Assembly (NCBI GenBank): GCA_000165345.1
Contig: CM000429.1
Location: 608,001 to 672,000 of the forward strand
DNA: 64,000 nt
Direction: 5' to 3'
The notes beneath the pieces were generated by a model, which was given only the letters and a program-made list of their open reading frames with translations, was not told the DNA's origin and made no database searches. Position numbers and translations under genes: made by a program. Shown here piece by piece: positions 20,546-29,618 of this stretch (the first letter of the stretch is position 1; each line of letters begins with the position of its first letter).

Positions 20546-22869
20546 ATACATTTATCGATATCTCACATTTAAAAATTAGAAATTTGTTAGTTATAGCTAC
20601 TTATAGTTTACATAATTACTTAGTAAAACACAATTAATTTTAGATTTAATCTTGTTTTCCTCATCATTTAAAATTAAAAAAATTATACGTAAGACTCTCC
20701 CCCGCCACACATGGCGCCATAACGTCACGTCGAGCCACGCAATTTTTTTGCAAATTGAGATTGAATCTAATCAGTATTAATCTGTCTTTCATTACTTGAA
20801 ATTCAGAATTCAGTAAGCATATTGCTCATTTTCAGTGGACCTTTAGGATTAAAGCTTTTCGTTTTCTGATGTGAATGGCACTATCATGGTAATTATAACG
20901 CTTCGATTGGCTCTATCATGGTAATATTTCTTTGATGGCTGTACAATGATTTGATTTGTATCATGGAAGATATTTGCATTTGATTTTTGTCACTAATGAA
21001 CGATGATAGTATTGAATTATGTGTTTTATGAGTGGAAAAACCACTCCAACTCTTTCGGAATTTCCTTATGAGTTTCTTTTATTATCTGGTTGTTAAAAGG
21101 GTGAACTATTTTTTTTCAGGTAATATCGATGACTTGCATAGTTTGATTATCTTCATGGTTTTTCATATCTTTATCAACTGGACCTGTTTTTGCCTAACTC
21201 TAGAACATATTTTTCTACTATTATCATCAGTATTCAGCAGTGACAAACCTGATTAACAAGCTATTGGTAAACTAAGGTAAATCATTGGTTGAGAATGAAA
21301 ATATCCTTTCTTGACTTAGTGGATCAATCTTCCTTGTGACTTGCCAGAGTTCCCCTAATATTTATTGTCAGATGAACGTGTATCAAATGACCTCTTATAT
21401 GTGAATTTATCCCTGAATTCCTAATCTTAGTGAGTATTATTCTAATTGGCCTTTGAACAGTATTTATATTACTGGTAGACCTTTTAAGGTTGCTTCTGTC
21501 TCAAATTCCATGACATCTCTTACCTGAGCTTATATATATCTTTTCCAAAGCCTTTTAAAAAAAAAATTGTTTGAAGTTTCAGATATCTTGAAAATATTAC
21601 GATCAATTTATCCATGTTTATTGTTAAAGAGCATTAGTTCCTTGGGATAGAATTTTGGTGTATTATGATTGAGTGTATATAGAGTTGCTTTATCCATACT
21701 TGGTTCCGGTAATACTTAACTAGATAATATTATTTGAACTATTTTATCTGGCAGTCACATGGAAGGGGTACTTGTACATTGTTGTGATCATTCCATTTTC
21801 TTGGCTTGTTATTTCAAAAGTATCGTCACTGCTGGATATATGATATACAATATTGAAAACAATTCGTCCATTTATGTATTTTTAATCACCAAACATTCAT
21901 TTGGTTTATACATTGTGCTACGCCATCATCCGTTATTCCAATCTCTATCTTATTTGAAATACAACAATTCAACGTTTTCCAACAAGCTTGTCTTATTTTT
22001 CTTTTTAAACTTTTAATTATTGCCATTAGATGAAGATATGTTGTATCATTGGATTTTGTGTATTCAAAGCAATATACATAATATTTGTAAAATAGTAATT
22101 TTATACAGGCTGAATTGTTTTTCTTTTAGGGATAAAGAAGATAACTTATTTCGAGAAAAGAAGATTTCTTTATATTGAAGATTTCAAGGATGCCAATTGA
22201 TAACGAACTCAAGCGGTTCCGAGCTATGAATAACTAAGATTTATAAGGATGTCTGTAATGCATCTCTTAGCATACTAATTCAGGTTATGTTTCAAGTTTA
22301 ACGCTTTTCCTAATGTTTTGGTTAGGTTATAAAGTCAATTTTTGAAGAAAAAGAGGAAAGAGGCTTTAATCTATTGTGGCGCAAATTTGCTCGAGATTAT
22401 GGGAGATGATAATTGATGTTCTAATGGCAGTGTTTTCAACATAATTAGAGGGATGTGTAGATAACTGGCGGTGCTTGATGATGAGAAATTTAGATTGTGT
22501 TCGGATGTCGAATCCGCTTCGAATTTGTTTCATTAGGTGAGGTTTAGTTGCAAGGTCATGTTTATGCATGTTGTGCGCGCCAAAAGTTGCTGCCATCCTC
22601 TAAGGTTGTATGAATGCCTTTCATCGTATTAGTCGCTTATTCTGAATGAGGTTTAGTGACTTTTTGCGAAAAAAGTCTTAATTTCGGAGTTAGGGTCATT
22701 AGTTCTTTTTAATTTTCTGTTTTTTTCCGATTATGTCTGAGCGGTGCCTCTGCTGTTCTGGTTAAGGATATACGCGGGAGACGGCCTTGTATTAGGCGGC
22801 AAGTGTGGTCTATAGTAATTTTTGACAATTGGTTGTAATGAGACTGATAATTGAATTAAATGAAATAAC

Positions 22870-25815
22870 ATGGAGGTGAACTCGAGTAATTTGTTAGTTC
22901 CTTTACATAGTATAGGATTTGTGACAGATGAAGTTCCATTTGCATTGGAGAAGCTAGGAGATGAATATTTTATTGTAGTTGCAACAGGTCACTACTATCA
23001 AGTATATGACTTGGACCAACTAAGGATTAAATATATATCTCAGAGGATGGAGAATAGAATAGAGAATTTGGTTACAAAGTATGAGACTGTTTATGTATCT
23101 ATGGGCAATAAAATTGTTGGTTATAATAGGCATGAAAAAACGTTTGAGATTGAACATAACTCAAGAGTAAAAGGAATGCTTGTTCTTGGTGAATTATTGA
23201 TTTCATGGGATAAGGAGACCATAATAGTTTCTGAGATAGATTCTAATAGACTAAAATGTGAAATTCTGGTTGATATGGATGTCTCCGAAGAAATTGTCAC
23301 AATTTTACATCCAGTCACATATTTGAACAAGGTATTAGTAGTTACATCGAAAGGATGTGAACTTTGGAATATTAATACTAAAAAAATGATACATAGATTT
23401 TCTTCAATACAAGTTGTTTTAAATGCTTCCAAAAGTATGAAGAATAAAATTGATAATAACGATAAGCAGAAAATAATTACTGCAGTAGCAAGCTCTCATC
23501 CAGATATAGTTGGGATTGGAACTCAAAATGGGATGGTGTATACACTAGATATTGCAAATGATATTATTTTACTTTCTCTCGAGCATATGCCTGAGCAGAA
23601 AGGGGTGAGAAGTGTAAGCTTTTGCTCTGAAAAGGCCATTTTGATTTCAGGTTGTGAAAATGGAGATATTGTACTATGGGATTTAGAAAATGCACGAGTT
23701 TTAAGTATATTAGACTCTGCTCATGAATCTGAGGTTGTTAAAGTTCAGTTTGTTCCAGGTGTTTTAATGTTTATTACCTCCGGTAAAGATAATGCACTAT
23801 TGGAATTTGTTATTGATAACCAAAATTCTCCACCTAGAGAACTTAGATCTAGGAGAGGGCACTTAAGCTCAATAATTAAAACACAGTTCTATAATGCTCT
23901 TCCAGAAAAAAGTAGAGACTTACTTTGTATTAGTAACTTTAGGAATTGTGGTTATCTTGGAAAAACATCTACAATACAACAACATCAAAATCGCATTTTT
24001 TCGCAAAACTCTCTTAAAAAGAAGTTTAATGAAAAGTATCAATTCCCCTTTAGCAGGTTACCACCTATAATAGATTTCTCATTTGCAGAATCTAGGCATT
24101 TTGACTGGCCAAATATAGTAACTATTCATCAAGGAATGCATGAAGTATTTGTTTGGAGTGGGCATAACTTTGCATTAACTCCAAATTTAATAACATTAGA
24201 GAACGTCCAAAGGCTTGACAAAAATAAGCAATCTAAGAGTAATCAATCCCAAAATTTTGTATCGCATGGTCTAACAGTTAAAAGAAAATCTCTACCTTTA
24301 GCAAAAGCCATCTCAGTTTCAGGTTGTGGAAACTATGTAGTTGTTGGATACTCTGATGGATCCATACATAGATTTAATCTACAATCATGTATTCATTCTG
24401 GGCAATTAATTCTTCCTGATAATTCTGAAATTAATCAACCAACTATGGAAATTCTTTCAATACATATTTCACACTCCACAATGGTTCTTTGCATTATAAG
24501 AGATTTGGATAATTACTACTTATCAACATGGTCGGTTAAGCCTATTAAATATTTAAATACCAAGATTATCCTAAGTAGAGCTTCTGTTCTATCAAATATA
24601 GAGACTCAAGAAGTGTTTATTTCCAAGCTGTTTGGATATTTATTAGCTTTAGGATTATCCGATGGCAGGGTTATTCTTTATGACTTCCAATCACAAGTAA
24701 TTTCTAGAGAATTCCAATGTGGTCATCATCATATTTTAGATATTACAATGTCTTCAGACAATAGGTGGATTGCAGTTTCAACAAAAAATAGTGAACTTTT
24801 TATATTTGATATAATTTCTTCAAACCTTTTGGATTGGGTCAAATTCAAATCTCCAGCTATTTGCTGTGTATTTGATCATTCAGATGCATTTCTAATAACA
24901 TCTCATGATCAATCAAAGGGATTACTTTCTGTTTGGGCAAATAAACATGCCTTAAGCATTTCAGTTGGAATTGAAGGTTTATCAAATCCTCCATCTGAAC
25001 CTTATTATATAGATGATCCTCCTAATAGAGTACTTTACTTTGAAGATTCAGACCAAACTTTAAAGAATGATAAAGATTCTACAAAGGCATCAGAATCTAG
25101 TGACAATACAAATTTGTCTGACTTTGATCTTCCTGAAAATGGAGACTATGATCCTTCCTTAATAGACAGAAAACTAATGTCATTTTCTGGAATTCCATTT
25201 TCAACTCTTCAAGCAATCTTATTTATTGATGAAATTAAAGAAAGAAACAAACCAATTGAACCACCAAAGAAACCAGAGAGTGCTCCATTTTTTCTACCAA
25301 ATACTACAGAATTCTCATCTACAATTCATAAACCCTCGAAAGAAAGCGATAATGAGGAAATAATCTCAAAAGATTTGGCAGAATCTAAAGATCCAAGTTC
25401 ATCACTTAAGACTGAGCTCCAAGAACTTTTAGAAAAAACTTCCTTGGATGATTCAGACTCTTTTTTAAGTATTACTAAGCTTTTAAAATCCAAATCTCCT
25501 TCTGGTGTAAATCTTCTTTTGAGACAATTAGGGCCTCTCAGTGGAGGATCTTTCCAAGAAATTGCTCAAATGATACATTACTTTAATATATCTATATCAA
25601 AAAGAACAGATTCTGAGTTGATTCAAACATACCTAAATATCTTTCTTAAAATTCATTCCACAACAATACTGGAAAATGAATCGGAATTTAAAGATTTTCA
25701 AGATATTATTCTTAAGCTTAATAACCTTGTAAAGAGTGACTGGGACTCTCTCCAAGACAGGCTTCATAATATCTCATGTTTTCTAAAGTTTGTTACAAAT
25801 ATTCAAATGGATTAA
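22870..25815 (+). CDS. UTP21: UTP21/WDR36-type WD40 protein of the small-subunit processome (981 aa).
   Basis: The N-terminus VPLHSIGFVTDEVPFALEKLGDEYFIVVATGHYYQVYDLDQLRIKYIS parallels yeast Utp21. Multiple WD repeats follow (e.g. GCENGDIVLWDL, GYSDGSIHRFNL), then a non-WD C-terminal domain. Confidence 0.65.
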   Translation: MEVNSSNLLVPLHSIGFVTDEVPFALEKLGDEYFIVVATGHYYQVYDLDQLRIKYISQRMENRIENLVTKYETVYVSMGNKIVGYNRHEKTFEIEHNSRVKGMLVLGELLISWDKETIIVSEIDSNRLKCEILVDMDVSEEIVTILHPVTYLNKVLVVTSKGCELWNINTKKMIHRFSSIQVVLNASKSMKNKIDNNDKQKIITAVASSHPDIVGIGTQNGMVYTLDIANDIILLSLEHMPEQKGVRSVSFCSEKAILISGCENGDIVLWDLENARVLSILDSAHESEVVKVQFVPGVLMFITSGKDNALLEFVIDNQNSPPRELRSRRGHLSSIIKTQFYNALPEKSRDLLCISNFRNCGYLGKTSTIQQHQNRIFSQNSLKKKFNEKYQFPFSRLPPIIDFSFAESRHFDWPNIVTIHQGMHEVFVWSGHNFALTPNLITLENVQRLDKNKQSKSNQSQNFVSHGLTVKRKSLPLAKAISVSGCGNYVVVGYSDGSIHRFNLQSCIHSGQLILPDNSEINQPTMEILSIHISHSTMVLCIIRDLDNYYLSTWSVKPIKYLNTKIILSRASVLSNIETQEVFISKLFGYLLALGLSDGRVILYDFQSQVISREFQCGHHHILDITMSSDNRWIAVSTKNSELFIFDIISSNLLDWVKFKSPAICCVFDHSDAFLITSHDQSKGLLSVWANKHALSISVGIEGLSNPPSEPYYIDDPPNRVLYFEDSDQTLKNDKDSTKASESSDNTNLSDFDLPENGDYDPSLIDRKLMSFSGIPFSTLQAILFIDEIKERNKPIEPPKKPESAPFFLPNTTEFSSTIHKPSKESDNEEIISKDLAESKDPSSSLKTELQELLEKTSLDDSDSFLSITKLLKSKSPSGVNLLLRQLGPLSGGSFQEIAQMIHYFNISISKRTDSELIQTYLNIFLKIHSTTILENESEFKDFQDIILKLNNLVKSDWDSLQDRLHNISCFLKFVTNIQMD

Positions 25816-25987
25816 GATACTTTATTATGATTTAATTTCATTGATTTCACTCATTTCACTTTCAAAAATTTTAATAGTTTGTTTAAACTCTTCAAAACCT
25901 TATAACTTACTTATTTTCTTTCAATATTTTTGTTAATATTTTTTTATTATTTTTTTTCAATTTCTACTTGTGCAATTCATTTTTAGA

Positions 25988-26036
25988 TTAATGGTACCGG
26001 TACCATTAAAAATTATAACGGTACCGGCATTAATGG
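25988..26036. repeat. Palindrome cluster: a perfect 22-nt palindrome TTAATGGTACCGGTACCATTAA (25988..26009) followed 6 nt later by AACGGTACCGGCATTAATGG, which repeats the GGTACCGG and ATTAATGG half-sites.
   Basis: Seen directly. It lies in the 335-bp region between the UTP21 stop (25815) and the start of the next gene (26151). Confidence 0.85.
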
Positions 26037-26150
26037 AAAAAATGTCAATAAGATCAAAATTGAAAATTTAATAAATAATTAATAAATAATTACAATGATT
26101 AATTTTTAAAGTTATTTTATTTTGATAATTTCAGTTATAACAATATTAAA

Positions 26151-27923
26151 ATGAGTGATAGAAACATTGAACAATTATTAGAAGTAATTAATGGTAATAG
26201 TACTCACCAAAGTAATTTGGAGAAACTAATAACTAATTCTATACCAGAATTAGAGTCAAATTTTGAGATTCTTGAATTAGAAAAAAAGCTAATTATCACT
26301 AAGTTTTCATTGGGCCTAATGGAATTTAAGTCAGATTCAAAAACTTTTCATCAAGCAAGAATGTCTTTATTGGCCTTAATTTTGGAAAAGCAAGAAATTA
26401 AGGAAATACTTGAATTTAACTTTAATGGCTTTAATCCTTCAGTCCATATTTTGCACTCTGTGGAAATAGCTTCTTTGGAAATTAGATTATTTTTGGAATC
26501 TAAGCTTGTAGAGTTGGAAGACTTTAAATTTAGCCTTGATGAATCAAAGGATAAAAAACAAGTACAAGACGATGAGGAAATTGATCTTTTAACAAGTAGC
26601 TTTCGAATATTAGATTCTCTTCTTACTCAGCTAAACAAAGATGAAAATTTGGATTTTTTGGAATTTTCTGAGAAGATTACAGGAGTTCAGGTAGTTGAGT
26701 TATTAGATTCATTAAAGGGCACTGCAAAACATTGTATTGAATTTATATTGGATATTGAAGGAATCATTCGAGATGAATATGAAATGGATCTTAATAAGGG
26801 AGTATTAGAACTTAAAGGTAATACTAACTCTAAAACATCAAGTTTGTATTGGATTATTTATTATTCTTGCTCAATATCATCTAAATGGCAAATTAACGAG
26901 CCTGATCAAGACCTTGATAAGTATATTAAATTGCTAGAAATTGCATCCAGGTATTTGAATCCTCTCCATTTTGCATCTGTATTCCCCACACTCATCCATA
27001 TTTCTGTAATAGACTGGGCAAATATTCCTGGTATATTAGAAACTGTATTAACATCAATGCTTTCATTCTCTACTTTAATTAAACAAGAAAATAAGAAAGA
27101 AGGGATTTATAGTGGATTATATTATGCAGCACTCCTAATCACATCTGCCTGGTGGTCTCCAGGAATAGATACATATAGAATAGCAGCTTCAAAAATGAAA
27201 GATGGTTCAAGATCTCTTGAATATATTTCAAGAAATTATTTAAATCTGGATCACTTAGATAAGATACAGGATAGTAAAGTCTCTTTATCAAAACTTAGAG
27301 TAGAAGAAGAGAAGAAATCTGGGACAAAAATGCCAGAATTCGTACCTTTAGATACAAATGCAATTCCCGAATACTCATTTGAGGATAATCCTGGAGTGGA
27401 TAGAGTTAGAAGGATCTCGCTCATTATTTTTGGACTAATTAAAGAGATTTATCAAGAAGATATTAATCAATTTCAAGGAGACCAGATTAATAAAGTCTTG
27501 TTTATTAGACATTTAGATGACCCAAATTCACAAAATTTCGAGAAATTCTCAGCTTTTATTCAGACCCTTATTTGCATTTTAACATTATTAACTTGTAGAA
27601 TCCAAAACTCTTATGTACCATCAGAACTTTGGAATATTATATTTAAACTAATAATTGTATTGACTCCAAAATCTAGTAAAGGGTATTATTACGATTCCCC
27701 TAGAAAAATCACATTTTTTATTTCATTACTTAGAACTACAGCTATAGCATTTTCGAGTGGATATTCTGATCAAGCCAAGCAATTTGATAAATTACTCGAG
27801 GATCTAAAAATTGAAACAACATATAATATTCCAAAGCTAATAATAAGAGACGATTGTGAGGAATTCTCTGAGCAAGATGAAGAATCAATCAAATTCTTCC
27901 GTAATTTATTAGATATTAGTTAG
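26151..27923 (+). CDS. Hypothetical protein (590 aa), probably alpha-helical, with no family assigned.
   Basis: It is a long uninterrupted ORF with coding-like composition and helical-repeat-like periodicity. No diagnostic motif was recognised. Confidence 0.45.
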   Translation: MSDRNIEQLLEVINGNSTHQSNLEKLITNSIPELESNFEILELEKKLIITKFSLGLMEFKSDSKTFHQARMSLLALILEKQEIKEILEFNFNGFNPSVHILHSVEIASLEIRLFLESKLVELEDFKFSLDESKDKKQVQDDEEIDLLTSSFRILDSLLTQLNKDENLDFLEFSEKITGVQVVELLDSLKGTAKHCIEFILDIEGIIRDEYEMDLNKGVLELKGNTNSKTSSLYWIIYYSCSISSKWQINEPDQDLDKYIKLLEIASRYLNPLHFASVFPTLIHISVIDWANIPGILETVLTSMLSFSTLIKQENKKEGIYSGLYYAALLITSAWWSPGIDTYRIAASKMKDGSRSLEYISRNYLNLDHLDKIQDSKVSLSKLRVEEEKKSGTKMPEFVPLDTNAIPEYSFEDNPGVDRVRRISLIIFGLIKEIYQEDINQFQGDQINKVLFIRHLDDPNSQNFEKFSAFIQTLICILTLLTCRIQNSYVPSELWNIIFKLIIVLTPKSSKGYYYDSPRKITFFISLLRTTAIAFSSGYSDQAKQFDKLLEDLKIETTYNIPKLIIRDDCEEFSEQDEESIKFFRNLLDIS

Positions 27924-28009
27924 AAAAGTTCTATAGTAGGCAATATTTGTTATAAACAAAATGATATAATTAATTATAATCTGTCACAACTGCTTTATTG
28001 AATATAAAT

Positions 28010-28429
28010 CTATTTATTACCATGAATATTTGGAGGTAAAGGAGGGACTCCTGGAGGTGGAATGGGTAGGCCTCCAATTGAAGGATTAATTAGTGGGAAT
28101 TGCCCAGGAGGTATCATAGGAGGAGGAATTAAAGGCGGACCTCTAGCTATAGTCTGAATATTTCCTGCAAAAGTAGGTTCAACAGGCTTAGTTGATTGAT
28201 TCTTTGGGGGTGCCTCTGCAACGAAAGTCACAATATTTTCCCCTCTAAGCATTATTAATCCGAGAGATCTCTTTAGCTCTTTTGACTCTTCTCCTTTCTT
28301 TACACGTCTATATTCTTGGCAATCAGATAAGACCAAATTCATATGTCTATCAAATGCCATAAGATTCCCAACCATAACTCTGTCATCTTGAACAGTTACT
28401 CTTATTCTATAATTTATATATTTTTGCAT
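28010..28429 (-). CDS. SNRPB: Small nuclear ribonucleoprotein-associated protein B (SmB).
   Basis: The Sm fold MQKYINYRIRVTVQDDRVMVGNLMAFDRHMNLVLSDCQEYRRV...RSLGLIMLRGENIVTF matches SmB ([39 protein letters not shown]...LGLVLLRGENLVS). The tail is Pro/Gly-rich (PPGQFPLINPSIGGLPIPPPGVPPLPP). Confidence 0.8.
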   Translation of the reverse strand: MQKYINYRIRVTVQDDRVMVGNLMAFDRHMNLVLSDCQEYRRVKKGEESKELKRSLGLIMLRGENIVTFVAEAPPKNQSTKPVEPTFAGNIQTIARGPPLIPPPMIPPGQFPLINPSIGGLPIPPPGVPPLPPNIHGNK

Positions 28430-28486
28430 ATTTTCACCTTTTCTTTACAAGTTAGAAATTTTATTATTTTATTTGATCATAAGCCG

Positions 28487-28499
28487 TTTCCCGCCAAAA
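28487..28499. promoter_or_regulatory. E2F-like site TTTCCCGCCAAAA, 58 bp upstream of the SmB start codon.
   Basis: Seen directly. It matches the canonical TTTSSCGC E2F consensus. Confidence 0.5.
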
Positions 28500-28772
28500 G
28501 TACCGAATTATTTAAGCTTTAAATATTGGAAAACTATTATTCAAATAAGGACGAGCTTTTACTGAGATCAAATGATATTTAAAAAAAAGTTTGATTTCCT
28601 AATTAGATTTCCTAAGTAGTTTTGCTGAAGTAATTGGTAGATTGTTCCTTATTTTATTCTTTTGTTTTTTTTTCTTATTAGTTAAAGATTAAAGATAATA
28701 ATATTTTGATGAGATAAATGTTATATATAATTAAAATATTCCTGAAAAATAAGGTAAAAGGCTATAAACTGT

Positions 28773-29435
28773 TCACTTACGATAAACATAGTGAATAAAT
28801 AAATAAATAGTAATAAAAATCAGTGATGTAAGGAGAATGCATCCATAAACTAGAATCTGGTCAACTAGGTTTCGTCTCTCGATATTTGAAAGCAAGGAAT
28901 GGCTGATTCCTAATCGACTGGCCATATCTAGGGCTTTTTTCCTTACAGATTTAAGCATTCTATTTTGGTTTTTTAGATTAAAAACAATACTTCTTGCTTG
29001 CTCTAGTGCATGATCAATAGCAATATGGCTCTCTTGCCAAATAGCTTTTTCACGTATTAGGGCTCCGACCCCACTATTCTTTTCTGGAGAAGAATATGAT
29101 AATTTCTTCTGCTCTTCAATCTGACTTTTGTGAATATGGTCTAACTGCTTTGAAATAGATTCTCTTAAAGAATTGGAATCAGATACTAAATTATCAATTC
29201 TTCGATCCCAAATCTTTTCTTGAGAGCGGTCAATAGATTTGGAGGATTTTAGTTTATCAAGAACTTGTTTTAATTCTGTTACTTGCCTGCAAAAATCATT
29301 AAGGATAGCTGATAACCTTTGTTGTAAAGCAATTGAACGATCCAACCCCAACTCAAACTGCTCTAGCAGCCTTTCTGCCTCATTTTTAGACTTTGTTGCC
29401 TTTGGATACAAAGCAGAGAGTGTTTCTAAACTCAT
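28773..29435 (-). CDS. GOSR1: Golgi Qb-SNARE GOSR1/Gos1 (GS28-like), 220 aa.
   Basis: The C-terminal SNARE motif and anchor (LKNQNRMLKSVRKKALDMASRLGISHSLLSNIERRNLVDQILVYGCILLTSLIFITIYLF) parallel human GOSR1 ([58 protein letters not shown]). Confidence 0.65.
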   Translation of the reverse strand: MSLETLSALYPKATKSKNEAERLLEQFELGLDRSIALQQRLSAILNDFCRQVTELKQVLDKLKSSKSIDRSQEKIWDRRIDNLVSDSNSLRESISKQLDHIHKSQIEEQKKLSYSSPEKNSGVGALIREKAIWQESHIAIDHALEQARSIVFNLKNQNRMLKSVRKKALDMASRLGISHSLLSNIERRNLVDQILVYGCILLTSLIFITIYLFIHYVYRK

Positions 29436-29618
29436 TTAATTTTAAACTCTCTGATTTGTTTCTTATTCTTCGGATATATTTACTTTATTTTATAAAAACT
29501 TGGCGCCACTCTGTCATATTTTATTTAGTCTTTAATTATTACATGGATAATAATATTTTCACTTGGAAAATACAAGCAGAAAAAAAAATGTAATAAAGAA
29601 ATGCTTGATTTTATTAGT

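Noticed and set aside
22515-22545. tRNA T-loop-like TCGAATCC (gatgtcgaatccgcttcgaat)
   Set aside because: The flanking sequence cannot form the T-stem, acceptor stem or D-arm. No tRNA was found in the window on either strand.
21032-22596. Three 74-85-aa ORFs in the 2.3 kb gene-poor region
   Set aside because: They are unconnected by credible splice signals, their translations are non-descript, and they sit in different frames and strands. They are treated as non-coding pending transcript data.
22470-22640. Box C/D snoRNA candidate (UGAUGA ... CUGA about 157 nt apart)
   Set aside because: No complementary terminal stem or plausible guide region was found, and the spacing is long. It is only mentioned within the GC-island finding.
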